Notes: generated by a model from the sequence alone, not told the origin. Positions 8,468 through 19,173 are shown, counted from the first letter of the stretch. The stretch is DNA of 31,795 nt from a bacterium (GCA_029565375.1 JAKQOF010000047.1:1-31795), one strand, 5' to 3'. A program made the numbers and translations.

Positions 8468-10231
8468 ATGGCACTCTTGACTAGCGACATACAAGGAAAG
8501 TTGATGAGTCTTCTGATTGATGAAGGCCTGGTGACCGAGTCTGTCCTTAAGAACGCAGAAGCAGCGGCAACGTCATCAAACCAACCGTTATTTGCCATAT
8601 TAACCCAACAACATATTATCGACGACGAAATGCTGACGCACGCCATCGCACAGGTATCGGGTGTTCCATATGTGAATTTGACATCCAGTATTATTGACCA
8701 GAACATCTTGTCGCTGCTTCCTGAGGACATTGCAGAACGCTTTATGGCCGTGCCACTGGCAGAAGTCCAGAATCGTCTTGCTGTTGCTATGATTGATGCT
8801 AACAATGTTCAGGCAGTGGACTACTTGGCGAGTCGTATTGAGCGACCACTGAAGGTCTTTATGGCGTCTGAGGCAGGTGTGCGTCATGTACTTGATCAGT
8901 ATCGCACAGACCTTTCAAGTGTCGATGAGGCGGCAGTTGCTAGCCAGGCAGAAGAAAATATGGAGTCTGACAAAGACGTTAAAACGATTGTCGAAGACTC
9001 ACCAATCAGCAAGGCACTCAGTACAATCTTGGAGTATGCAGTTAAGTCGCGAGCAAGCGATATTCACGTTGAGCCACTTGAGGGAACGCTCAAGATTCGT
9101 TGTCGTGTTGACGGTGTCCTGCGAGAGATTATGCAGCTACCAAAGAGCATTGAGCCAGCGCTGGTCAGCCGTATTAAGATTTTGTCCAACCTAAAAATTG
9201 ACGAACATCGCGTGCCTCAAGATGGTCAGTTTACAGTAAAAGTCGCCAACAAAGAGGTAGACCTCCGTATTGCTATCAGCCCTGTCGTATGGGGTGAACA
9301 AGTGGTCATTCGTTTGCTTGATAAGTCGGGTAACAGTTTTGATATCGAGCAAATGGGCTATGCTGGCCGAGCGCTTCGAGCAATTCGTCGTGGTATTAAG
9401 CACCCGAACGGTATGGTGCTCACGTCAGGTCCAACAGGTAGTGGTAAGACAACAAGTCTATATGCTCTCATTAAGGAAATTAAGAACGACACAGTCAATA
9501 TAGTCACACTTGAAGACCCAGTTGAGTACAAAATGGATGGTGTTAACCAAATTCAAGTGAACGGTGACGTAGGACTGACGTTTGCAACAGGGCTTCGATC
9601 AATTCTTCGTCAAGACCCAGACGTTGTGATGGTGGGGGAGATCCGTGACAGCGAGACGGCTAACTTGGCTGTGCAAGCTGCCCTGACAGGTCACTTGGTG
9701 TTTAGCACCTTGCACACAAACAGTGCTGCGGGTGTGCTGCCACGACTTCTTGATATGGGTATTGAGCCGTTCTTGATCGCCAGTACGGTGAACACTATTA
9801 TTGGTCAACGATTGGTGCGTCGCGTTGCGACAAACCGTCAGTCATACCAGTCAAATCCGATAGAAACACAAAATATTTTGACGACAGTGGGGCACTTGTT
9901 GCCAAAGACCGCCGCTGACGTTGCAAAGGTATCGCAAGATTTGGGATATAAAGACTTGCCTCTAGCGGGTCAAAGCGCTTATACTTTAGTCAAGGGAGTT
10001 GATTCTGCTCAATCACCCCATGGATATAGCGGACGCGCTGGGCTGTACGAAGTAATGGATGTAAATAGTGACATCCAAAACCTCATCGTTGCACGAGCAA
10101 CCAGTTCAGAGATTCAGCGTATGGCTATATCGCAGGGAATGATAACGATGCGTCAGGATGGTTACCTGAAAGCACTACAGGGCATTACAACCATTGAAGA
10201 AGTTAATCGTGTAGCGGCAGATACGGCATAG
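8468..10231 (+). CDS. pilB: Type IV pilus extension ATPase PilB (GspE family)
   Basis: N-terminal MshEN-like/N1 region, ASDIHVEP, RVPQDG, Walker A GPTGSGKTT, TLEDPVE, LRQDPDVVMVGEIRD, TGHLVFSTLHTN. Confidence 0.96.
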   Translation: MALLTSDIQGKLMSLLIDEGLVTESVLKNAEAAATSSNQPLFAILTQQHIIDDEMLTHAIAQVSGVPYVNLTSSIIDQNILSLLPEDIAERFMAVPLAEVQNRLAVAMIDANNVQAVDYLASRIERPLKVFMASEAGVRHVLDQYRTDLSSVDEAAVASQAEENMESDKDVKTIVEDSPISKALSTILEYAVKSRASDIHVEPLEGTLKIRCRVDGVLREIMQLPKSIEPALVSRIKILSNLKIDEHRVPQDGQFTVKVANKEVDLRIAISPVVWGEQVVIRLLDKSGNSFDIEQMGYAGRALRAIRRGIKHPNGMVLTSGPTGSGKTTSLYALIKEIKNDTVNIVTLEDPVEYKMDGVNQIQVNGDVGLTFATGLRSILRQDPDVVMVGEIRDSETANLAVQAALTGHLVFSTLHTNSAAGVLPRLLDMGIEPFLIASTVNTIIGQRLVRRVATNRQSYQSNPIETQNILTTVGHLLPKTAADVAKVSQDLGYKDLPLAGQSAYTLVKGVDSAQSPHGYSGRAGLYEVMDVNSDIQNLIVARATSSEIQRMAISQGMITMRQDGYLKALQGITTIEEVNRVAADTA

Positions 10232-10244
10232 GAAAGGTGGGAAG

Positions 10245-11315
<1,071 letters not shown>

Positions 11316-11318
11316 TTC

Positions 11319-12530
11319 GTGAAGAAGTTTGCGTATGAAGCCCGTGATCAGGCATCAGACAAAATTATTAAGGCGACACTGCAGGCTGATTCTGAAAGTG
11401 CTGCTGCGCGGCTACTGCTAGAGCAGGGCTTTACGCCACTTGTCTTAAAAGAAGAGTCTGCTGACGGTAACTTTATTGCGCGACTGAGTGGACGGATTAC
11501 TACAAAGGATAAGATCGTTTTTACGCGTCAGTTAGCAACATTGATTGGTGCGGGGCTGCCGCTTGCACAAAGCCTCCATACCGTCCTCGAGCAAACCCAG
11601 AACAAGAGACTGCAGGCAGTTATTCAAGAGATTACTGCTTCAGTCGAGGGTGGTAAAACATTATCTGAGTCCTTTGGTAAGCATACAAATATCTTCGACC
11701 CAGTGTTCATCTCGTTGATATCAGCAGGTGAAGTATCTGGTACGCTCGACGAATCTTTGCAGCGTATAGCCAATCAGCAGGAAAAGGATGCAGCGATTAC
11801 CAGCAAGATAAAAGGTGCGATGACATACCCAATCATCGTCTTGTTTGTCATCTTTGGTGTGATGGCATTTATGCTCTTTACCGTGGTACCACAAGTCGAA
11901 AAGCTGTATAAAGATCTCAAAAAAGATTTGCCGCTTATCACGCAAATTATGGTGAGTGTTGCGGACTTTCTATCTAACTTTTGGTGGCTTGCCATCATTA
12001 TTATTGGCCTGGGTGTGTACTTTATTGTTCAGTATCTTAAGACAGAAAGTGGTATCAAATTTAAAGACACCTTTAAACTCAATGTTCCTATTTTTGGTGT
12101 TATGTTTCGAAAGTTATACATGGCTCGCTTTACGCGCACTGCCCAGACACTCCTTAGTACCGGCGTGAGCATGCTCGACATGTTAAAAATTACCTCAACT
12201 GCGATTAACAACACTATTCTTGCTAAAAGTATCACACGCGCTGCCGAGAAGGTAAGGGGCGGTAAGGCACTTTCTGTAGCGATACAACCAGAAGATTATA
12301 TATTGCCACTTGTCCCGCAGATGATTAAGATTGGCGAACAATCAGGACGCATCGATGAGATGATGGGTAAGGTTGCACAGGTGTACGAAGACGAGCTTGA
12401 TGAGCAAATTCGAACTATTTCAACATCCATCGAGCCTATTTTGATGGTTGTGCTGGCAGTTGTTGCTGGAGGAATGGTTGGTGCCATTTTGCTTCCAATT
12501 TACAGCCTGGTCAACGGTATAAATGTCTAG
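11319..12530 (+). CDS. pilC: Type IV pilus platform protein PilC (GspF family)
   Basis: FTRQLATLIGAGLPL, GEVSGTLD, AMTYP, GEQSGRIDEM, EPILMV..GGMV.AILLPIY. GTG start. Confidence 0.95.
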   Translation: MKKFAYEARDQASDKIIKATLQADSESAAARLLLEQGFTPLVLKEESADGNFIARLSGRITTKDKIVFTRQLATLIGAGLPLAQSLHTVLEQTQNKRLQAVIQEITASVEGGKTLSESFGKHTNIFDPVFISLISAGEVSGTLDESLQRIANQQEKDAAITSKIKGAMTYPIIVLFVIFGVMAFMLFTVVPQVEKLYKDLKKDLPLITQIMVSVADFLSNFWWLAIIIIGLGVYFIVQYLKTESGIKFKDTFKLNVPIFGVMFRKLYMARFTRTAQTLLSTGVSMLDMLKITSTAINNTILAKSITRAAEKVRGGKALSVAIQPEDYILPLVPQMIKIGEQSGRIDEMMGKVAQVYEDELDEQIRTISTSIEPILMVVLAVVAGGMVGAILLPIYSLVNGINV

Positions 12531-12615
12531 ACATGCGTACCAGATTAGAGTACTATAAGCATAAGCGTGTCAACGCAAGACATAATAGTTCATACGAAAG
12601 GTGGAATAAATTCCT

Positions 12616-13095
12616 ATGAACGTTCAACAAAAAGAAAAAGGTTTTACGATTATCGAGGTTGTTTTGGTACTTGCAATCGCAGGCCTTATTTTCTTGATGG
12701 TATTTATTGCGTTGCCTGCTTTGCAGCGTAACCAACGTGACTCAGCTCGAAAGTCTGAGGTGAGTACGGTTCTTGCGTCTATTACGACCTATCAATCAAA
12801 CAATCGTGGGCAATCTCCGACCGACGACGCATCAACATTTGGTAAGTACTTAGATTCTACCGTGACGTCTGTTGGCGGCACAATTACACTTGCTAGTGGT
12901 ACAACAGTAACTCGTTTTACAGGTACGATCAGCGGCTCAACAACGGTCAGTGGTATTACGCAGGATAATATTGTCTTTATTGTTGGCGCAAAGTGCGATA
13001 CTGACGACAAGGTCGTCAAAGGCACTACTCGTCAAGCAGCAGCACTCATTCAGTTAGAAAACGGTGGTGGTGCGTACTACTGTCAAACCAGCTAG
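12616..13095 (+). CDS. Type IV pilin, probable major pilin
   Basis: Class III signal KEKG^FTIIEVVLVLAIAGLIFLMVFIALPALQRNQRD with Glu5; C-terminal Cys pair; strong SD GAAAGGTGG; own intergenic promoter region and terminator. Confidence 0.9.
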   Translation: MNVQQKEKGFTIIEVVLVLAIAGLIFLMVFIALPALQRNQRDSARKSEVSTVLASITTYQSNNRGQSPTDDASTFGKYLDSTVTSVGGTITLASGTTVTRFTGTISGSTTVSGITQDNIVFIVGAKCDTDDKVVKGTTRQAAALIQLENGGGAYYCQTS

Positions 13096-13109
13096 GACAT
13101 CGCCGAAAA

Positions 13110-13147
13110 GCAATAAATAAGGACGCTGACGCGTCCTTATTTATTGC
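13110..13147. terminator. Intrinsic terminator after the pilin gene
   Basis: Perfect 17-bp inverted repeat GCAATAAATAAGGACGC-tgac-GCGTCCTTATTTATTGC. Confidence 0.85.
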
Positions 13148-13171
13148 CCTATTTGTGGTATCATAGTGCTT

Positions 13172-14050
13172 ATGGGAACTGAGCTTATATATCTTATTCT
13201 TGTCCTTGTCGGACTATGTTTGGGGAGTTTTTCAGGTGCAACGGTATGGCGACTTCGCGCACGTCAACTAGCCATCGATAGGTCACGACACGAAGCGTAT
13301 GACAAAGAGGAGTATGAACAACTCAAGAAGCTGACAAAAGCGACAGTAATGCATGACTATTCGCAGTGCCTTCACTGTTCGTACCGACTCAGGTGGTATG
13401 ATTTGGTTCCACTTATCAGCTGGATAAGTCTGCGTGGTCGTTGTCGCCAATGTCGTAAGCCGATTGGGCACCTAGAACCACTTATTGAGCTGGGCGTTGC
13501 GTCCTTATTTGTTGCATCATATGCACTTTGGCCGTATCAACTGGGCACAGGTCTCGAGGTTGCTCAGTTTGTTGTGTGGCTTGTTGCAGGTGTTGGCTTG
13601 GCGATATTATTCGCATACGACGCCAAGTGGTTGTTGCTACCGGATAAAGTGAATGTTGCTGTTATCGGTCTTGGGTTGGTGAGTGCTATTCTCGTTGTAC
13701 TGCGGTCTAGTGATATAGCAGCAACTATTATTTCGATTGTTGCATCAGTGGGTATCTTGAGTGGTATGTATTTCGTGTTGTATCTTGTATCTCGCGGCAA
13801 GTGGATTGGCTTTGGTGATATCAAGCTTGGTCTTGGTCTTGCGCTTTTGCTTGCCGACTGGCGTCTTGCATTCATCGCCCTGTTTGCAGCCAATCTGATT
13901 GGCTGTTTGGTCGTGTTGCCACAAATGCTCCGTGGCAAGCTAAAGCGTAGTGCGCATGTGCCTTTCGGCCCATTATTAATCGCTGGCACGGTCATTGCAC
14001 AACTTGTCGGGTTTTATCTGATTGATATCTATACCTACGGCCTCGTCTAA
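13172..14050 (+). CDS. pilD: Prepilin peptidase/N-methyltransferase PilD
   Basis: LGSF..ATVWRL, two CxxC motifs (CLHC, CRQC), DLVPLISW..LRGRC, catalytic Asp motifs YDAKW and GFGDIKL, VPFGP. TGgTATCAT lies 7 nt before ATG 13172. Confidence 0.95.
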   Translation: MGTELIYLILVLVGLCLGSFSGATVWRLRARQLAIDRSRHEAYDKEEYEQLKKLTKATVMHDYSQCLHCSYRLRWYDLVPLISWISLRGRCRQCRKPIGHLEPLIELGVASLFVASYALWPYQLGTGLEVAQFVVWLVAGVGLAILFAYDAKWLLLPDKVNVAVIGLGLVSAILVVLRSSDIAATIISIVASVGILSGMYFVLYLVSRGKWIGFGDIKLGLGLALLLADWRLAFIALFAANLIGCLVVLPQMLRGKLKRSAHVPFGPLLIAGTVIAQLVGFYLIDIYTYGLV

Positions 14051-14082
14051 GCGTATATAACCCTATACGCTTATGGTATAAT
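14048..14082 (+). promoter_or_regulatory. Minor-pilin promoter: 10-bp inverted repeat abutting an extended -10
   Basis: TAAGCGTATA-taaccc-TATACGCTTA (14048-14073) followed at once by TGGTATAAT (14074-14082); ATG 8 nt later. Confidence 0.65.
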
Positions 14083-14090
14083 TATGCCAA

Positions 14091-14834
14091 ATGGGCAGCA
14101 CTTACGAACGCGGATTTACTATCATCGAGACGATGTTGTTTCTGGCAATCACCGGTGTATTGGTTGTCTCGATTTTAGTGGGGACAGGAACGTCGATCAA
14201 TATTCAACGCTATCGCGACAGTGTTATATCGCTGCAAACAACTCTCCAGGAACAGTATTCAGAGGTTATCAACGTTCGTAATACCGTTAGTACTGCAGAA
14301 CTGACATGTGACGATAATGCCAATGTCACAACAAACCAAAGTGCCCCTGCGTCACCACGCGGACAAGACGATTGTGTGGTGCTTGGTCGCTACATTACGA
14401 CCCTCAACAGCTCGACGCTTTCGATTGGTACAGTCATTGGCTATATCGATCCGACGATAAAATTGACTTCAAGTGATCTTGAGACACTAAAGCTCTACAA
14501 GCTCAATATTATTCCCGCATCCGCAGAAGAATATCCAATCGAATGGGGTGCATCTGTACACAGGGCGGGGAGTGATACGCCGCTTGCATTCTCGCTATTG
14601 ATTTTACGATCTCCGTCGAGTGGTATCGTGCGAACATTTATCAATCCAGATACGTCTGTCGCAGTCCAAAACCTTACTGATTTGGTGACAACAGACAACC
14701 TGACGCAACCGCTGAAAGCATGCGTTGACGCAGGTGGACTGTTTGGAACAACCAAGATGGCAGTATCGGTGGTTGCCGGCGCAACAAGCACAACTGGCGT
14801 GGAAGTGCTGGGCGATGGGAGCAGTGGATGTTAG
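14091..14834 (+). CDS. Minor type IV pilin (FimU/FimT position)
   Basis: ERG^FTIIETMLFLAITGVLVVSILVG with Glu5; first gene of a four-gene overlapping pilin cassette. Confidence 0.85.
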   Translation: MGSTYERGFTIIETMLFLAITGVLVVSILVGTGTSINIQRYRDSVISLQTTLQEQYSEVINVRNTVSTAELTCDDNANVTTNQSAPASPRGQDDCVVLGRYITTLNSSTLSIGTVIGYIDPTIKLTSSDLETLKLYKLNIIPASAEEYPIEWGASVHRAGSDTPLAFSLLILRSPSSGIVRTFINPDTSVAVQNLTDLVTTDNLTQPLKACVDAGGLFGTTKMAVSVVAGATSTTGVEVLGDGSSGC

Positions 14835-15472
14835 GCTTTAAACGCCGTTATGAAAAAGGTGACACGATTATTGAAGTCTTGTTTGCCGTGTCTGTGTTTA
14901 GTCTTGTCGCCGTTGGTGGTTTGAGCATCATGAACCAAGGTACGACGACTTCACAGCGTGCTCTTGAAATAACATTAGTTCGCCAAGAGATTGACGCCCA
15001 GGCTGAAACACTCCGTTTTCTACATGATTCATACGTGGCTGCCTATCAATCTGGCGGAAGCTATGCAGCTGATACTCCAGCAGGACAATGGAAGGTTATG
15101 CTCGACAGTATTATCAGTACAGGTACTGTCAACGCCTCTGCTTTTGGCGCGGCTGATACGTGTCCTAACCCACCAAGCGGGAGCTTTATCTTTAACGCAC
15201 GTACAGCAACATTTACTGCCCCTGGAGAAAGTAAGTTAGAACCAGCCCAGGTATTCTCTAAAGTTGAGTACGATGTTGTGAACGGCCAATCTATCTTAAA
15301 AACCGCTGACGGTATATGGATAGAGGCTGTTCGTTCTCGAACGACTACTGATGTTAACCAAGCGAACGCTGGATTTATCGATTTTCATATTCGGGCATGT
15401 TGGGGAACTGCCGGCTTGAGTGTACCCGAGACGATAGGAACGATTGTGAGGTTGTATGAACCACGTGGATAA
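14828..15472 (+). CDS. Minor type IV pilin (PilV position) with Asp at +1
   Basis: EKG^DTIIEVLFAVSVFSLVAVGGL with Glu5; overlaps both neighbours. Confidence 0.85.
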   Translation: MLGFKRRYEKGDTIIEVLFAVSVFSLVAVGGLSIMNQGTTTSQRALEITLVRQEIDAQAETLRFLHDSYVAAYQSGGSYAADTPAGQWKVMLDSIISTGTVNASAFGAADTCPNPPSGSFIFNARTATFTAPGESKLEPAQVFSKVEYDVVNGQSILKTADGIWIEAVRSRTTTDVNQANAGFIDFHIRACWGTAGLSVPETIGTIVRLYEPRG

Positions 15473-16160
15473 AACAAAAGGCTTTACGCTGATTGAGTTA
15501 ATGCTTTCGATGACATTTATATCCATTTTATTGGTAGCAATAGCTGTCACAATTATTCAGATAAGTAATGTCTATAACAGGGGAATAACGCTCAAGGAGG
15601 TTAACCAATCGGGTCGGTCCCTCTCCAACGAGCTGCAACGCAGTATTACCTCAGGTGCACCGTTTATGATTGAAGAAGGAGACGGTAGTCGGTATGTGAA
15701 GCAGGAAGATTGGGGCGGAAGGTTGTGTACTGGGCAGTATAGCTATGTATGGAACTTTGGACGCGCACTTGTGTCAAATGATCCCGGGGGTGATAGATTG
15801 AACGTGTATGCAGACGGAAGCGACACGCAGATTCGTTTTGTCAAAGCAGTCGACCCGAGCGCGTCGTATTGTATTGACTCAACAAAAAAGGTTGATAAGG
15901 CAACTGCAACGGAACTTTTGAACGTTGGCGATCACAGCTTAGCGCTTCAGAGTTTTAGCATCGAATCGGCTGCATCGGCTACAGATGCAAAGACGCGCGA
16001 ACGATTGTACAGTATCGTCTTCTTTATTGGGACAAACGATCAAGCTGCGCTTGTTGAGGGCGGCACAGGCTGTAAGGGACCAGGTGAAGACGGGGCTGAT
16101 CTTGCGTATTGTTCGGTGCAAGAGTTTAACATTGTAGCACGAGCGGGAAGCGGGTTGTGA
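15456..16160 (+). CDS. Minor type IV pilin (PilW position)
   Basis: TKG^FTLIELMLSMTFISILLVAIA with Glu5. Confidence 0.85.
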   Translation: MNHVDKTKGFTLIELMLSMTFISILLVAIAVTIIQISNVYNRGITLKEVNQSGRSLSNELQRSITSGAPFMIEEGDGSRYVKQEDWGGRLCTGQYSYVWNFGRALVSNDPGGDRLNVYADGSDTQIRFVKAVDPSASYCIDSTKKVDKATATELLNVGDHSLALQSFSIESAASATDAKTRERLYSIVFFIGTNDQAALVEGGTGCKGPGEDGADLAYCSVQEFNIVARAGSGL

Positions 16161-16179
16161 TACCATGATAAGAGGAATT

Positions 16180-17376
16180 ATGACAAAGCATCGTACTAAC
16201 GAATTGGGCGCCGTATCATTATTCATTGTCGTGTTTACGGCACTTCTTATTACTGTTGTGACAGTCAGTTTTATTCGTTTGACCATACGAGATGAACAAC
16301 AAGCAACAACTGTCGATTTGTCACAAAGCGCCTATGACTCGGCCCAAGCAGGTGTTGAAGACGCAAAGCGAGCAATTATCCGCTACCAAACAGTCTGCGC
16401 AACAGGCGATAGTGCCGCGTGTCTGGCTGCGAGGACAAAGATTAATCTAGACGAATGTAACACTGGGCTGAGTGATATCGTGACTCCTGTTGATGGTGAG
16501 GTCAAGATTCAACAGAGTAGTGGAGACACCGTGTTAGATCAAGCGTACAGCTGTGTAAAAGTGAAGTTAGATACGGATGACTACCTGGGTGTGTTGTCGA
16601 CAAATGCGTCAAAGGTTATTCCTCTCGTGAGTACAAAACCATTTAACACCGTGTTGCTTGAGTGGTATAGCTCGGAGAATCTTCAGACGACAAATAGTTT
16701 TGACGTCGACTTGCAGCCAGGAGCGTTGCTCGCGCAGCCATTGCTCGCTCAAAACCTTTGGAAGCCAAATCGACCCTCTGTTATGCGTGCACAGCTGATG
16801 CAATATAGCAGCAGTGGCTTTACGCTAGGTAGTTTTGACAGTGTCAATGCAACCGGCCAAAGTAATGCGAACACTTTGTTCCTATATCCGACTGGGACGA
16901 CAGGGACAACGTCATCAGTTGTAGACGAGGCATCGTTTGTGGGACGAGATAATCGCGCGACGCCCACAGGCACGCGCGCAACGACAACCAACCCGTTCCC
17001 AGTGACTTGCTCGGGCAACCTTACAGGTGGTGGATATGCCTGTCGTGTAGAGTTGACCTTGCCTGATCCTGTTGGGGCGGGGAGTCGACTTGCATATTTG
17101 AAGTTGAGTGCACTTTATAACAAATCAAATTATCGTCTGACACTATCAAACAATGGTGTTGATCCAGCGAGCTTTAACGGTGTGCAGCCTCAGGTAGATT
17201 CGACAGGTCGCGCAAATGATTTGTTCAGGCGTGTACAGAGTAGGGTTGAGCTTACAGACCTTGTTGATTCAAGCTTTCCGTATCCAGATAGCGCCGTTGA
17301 TGTGACCGGTAACCTTTGTAAAGACTTCTTAATTACTGATACGGCAAGTGACTATAACAACACGTGCGCGCCTTAA
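16180..17376 (+). CDS. PilX/GspK-like large minor pilin
   Basis: ELG^AVSLFIVVFTALLI (no Glu5), SQSAYDSAQAGVEDAKR (PilX N-terminal signature). SD-like AGAGGA before ATG 16180. Confidence 0.8.
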   Translation: MTKHRTNELGAVSLFIVVFTALLITVVTVSFIRLTIRDEQQATTVDLSQSAYDSAQAGVEDAKRAIIRYQTVCATGDSAACLAARTKINLDECNTGLSDIVTPVDGEVKIQQSSGDTVLDQAYSCVKVKLDTDDYLGVLSTNASKVIPLVSTKPFNTVLLEWYSSENLQTTNSFDVDLQPGALLAQPLLAQNLWKPNRPSVMRAQLMQYSSSGFTLGSFDSVNATGQSNANTLFLYPTGTTGTTSSVVDEASFVGRDNRATPTGTRATTTNPFPVTCSGNLTGGGYACRVELTLPDPVGAGSRLAYLKLSALYNKSNYRLTLSNNGVDPASFNGVQPQVDSTGRANDLFRRVQSRVELTDLVDSSFPYPDSAVDVTGNLCKDFLITDTASDYNNTCAP

Positions 17377-18314
17377 CTATTTGACGTGACATCCTCTGGG
17401 CTATCGGCCTCGCTATGAAACTTTTCGTATATTTCACGGAGATGTTGGTCGGTCACATGGGTATATATCTGAGTTGTACTAATGTTACTGTGACCAAGCA
17501 TACTTTGAACACTGCGTATATCAGCGCCATTCATCAGTAGGTCGGTTGCAAAGCTATGACGCATGGTGTGCGGGCTCACGTGTTTTGTGATGCCTGCCAG
17601 GCGCGCATATCGCGTCACGATTCGCTGAACACTTCTTGCAGTCAGCCGACGAAAGTCACCCGTCGTGCCGGTTGTATTATTACGACTATAGTTGAGGAAT
17701 AAGGGAGGGAGGTTGTCGAGTCGTTCTTGTAGGTATTCGTCAACGCAGCGTGCAGCGCTTTCACTAATAAAAATAGGACGATCCTTTTGGCCTTTACCGC
17801 GAACCATAAATTCACGTCGTTTTGTGTTGATGTGATCTCGGTTCAGGTTGACCAGTTCAGACACACGCAACCCGCTTGAAAACAGGAGCTCAACTAGTGC
17901 CTTGTCTCTTCGACCAACTTCGGTCGCAGTACTAATTTGTTCAAGCAACCGTTCAATCTCGTCAAAATGGAGAAAGGTGACCTGTTTACGCGTTGTCTTT
18001 GGAAGCTCAATCTTGTCTGGCGAAAGTGAGGGGATATCCCGTTTTGAAAGGTATCCGAGAAAACCACGAAGAGCAATAAGGTGATAGGACTGAGTGATGG
18101 TTGCTAATTCATCATCGTTGCCGTTTTTATAACGATTCAACCATAGTCGATATTTACGAATAACTTCCGATGTAATTTTATCTACAATTATATCTTCAGT
18201 AAACTCAACAAATCGTTCAAGATAGAGTTTGTAGTTTTCGGCAGTGCGCGCCGAGCGTCCACCTTCTACTTCAAGGTGTTCGATGTAGTCAAGGATGAGT
18301 TCCGACATGTACAT
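17373..18314 (-). CDS. xerC: XerC/XerD-family tyrosine recombinase
   Basis: Catalytic residues SSGLRVSEL, VRGKGQKDR, HTMRHSFAT, LGHSNI, TQIYTH. Start set at 18314 (MYMSEL); the longer ORF-track start runs into uppP. XerC versus XerD cannot be decided by eye. Confidence 0.88.
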   Translation of the reverse strand: MYMSELILDYIEHLEVEGGRSARTAENYKLYLERFVEFTEDIIVDKITSEVIRKYRLWLNRYKNGNDDELATITQSYHLIALRGFLGYLSKRDIPSLSPDKIELPKTTRKQVTFLHFDEIERLLEQISTATEVGRRDKALVELLFSSGLRVSELVNLNRDHINTKRREFMVRGKGQKDRPIFISESAARCVDEYLQERLDNLPPLFLNYSRNNTTGTTGDFRRLTARSVQRIVTRYARLAGITKHVSPHTMRHSFATDLLMNGADIRSVQSMLGHSNISTTQIYTHVTDQHLREIYEKFHSEADSPEDVTSNS

Positions 18315-18359
18315 GTTATTAGCATAGCCTAAAAGCCGATAACTCGGTACAATGAAACA

Positions 18360-19148
18360 ATGCATACGCTTGAAATCATCATCCTTGGCATCATTCAGGG
18401 TCTTACAGAGTTTATTCCTATCAGCAGTTCTGGGCACTTGGTTATTGCCCAAACCTTTTTTTCAGGCGCGTCTGACCATCTGTTTTTAGAGTTTATTAAT
18501 GTGGGTACACTTCTTGCATTGCTTGTTTTCTTCCGTAAAAAAATTCTGACGATTATCAAGGACATTTTTGTTCATAAAAAATATAAGCTTGCTGTCAATA
18601 TCTTAATCACTGCCATACCTGCTGGCATCATCGGCTATGTTCTGGCTGACTTTATCAGTGCAACTCCGTTTTTTGGCAGTGTATTTGTGGTGATGGTGAC
18701 GCTGGCAACAGTTGGTATTGTCATGGTTATTCTGGAACGATTGCCGAAAGCGTCAGCTGTCGGTAGCGGTGAGGCCCTCAGTCCGCTACGAGCTCTTGTT
18801 ATTGGACTAGCGCAGGTCTTTGCGTTGATTCCTGGCGTATCACGATCTGGATCAACGATTATCGCAGGAAGGCTGGCTGGCTTAAACCCTGCAGCCGCGG
18901 CTGAGTATAGTTTTTTGGCGTCTTTGCCGATCATGGTCGGCGTAACACTCAAGATACTTGTATCGGATCGAGACTACCTCATGGCAAATATGACCCCACT
19001 CATTATTGGTAATATTGCCGCATTTCTTGCCGGTATCTTTGCGATAGGCTTTTTAATGAAGTATCTGTCAAAGCATAGCTTGGCGCTATTTGGTTGGTAC
19101 CGGATTGGGCTTGCAGCTGTATTAGCGCTGGTTCTTTTGTTACAATAG
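18360..19148 (+). CDS. uppP: Undecaprenyl-diphosphate phosphatase (BacA/UppP)
   Basis: LGIIQGLTEFIPISSSGHL, ALIPGVSRSGSTI, AAEYSFL, FGWYRI. Confidence 0.96.
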   Translation: MHTLEIIILGIIQGLTEFIPISSSGHLVIAQTFFSGASDHLFLEFINVGTLLALLVFFRKKILTIIKDIFVHKKYKLAVNILITAIPAGIIGYVLADFISATPFFGSVFVVMVTLATVGIVMVILERLPKASAVGSGEALSPLRALVIGLAQVFALIPGVSRSGSTIIAGRLAGLNPAAAAEYSFLASLPIMVGVTLKILVSDRDYLMANMTPLIIGNIAAFLAGIFAIGFLMKYLSKHSLALFGWYRIGLAAVLALVLLLQ

Positions 19149-19173
19149 AGTGAATTGATTAAGGAGTACATTC

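Noticed and set aside
13250-13365. Charged insertion in PilD before the first CxxC
   Set aside because: Similar variable-length insertions occur in well-known PilD proteins such as that of Pseudomonas; not unusual.
14065-14092. dif-like site: TTATGCCAAAT matches the XerD arm TTATGTTAAAT at 9/11, 3.3 kb from xerC
   Set aside because: The left arm does not match a XerC arm at the 6-bp spacing, and the sequence is explained by the -10 box and start codon.
17373-18452. Tyrosine recombinase as the integrase of a mobile element
   Set aside because: Size and motifs fit chromosomal XerC/D, the flanks are core genes, and no att pair or cargo is visible. A link to the tRNA-Arg duplication 1.4 kb away is unsupported. 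The 46-codon N-terminal extension in the ORF track overlaps uppP and is discarded.
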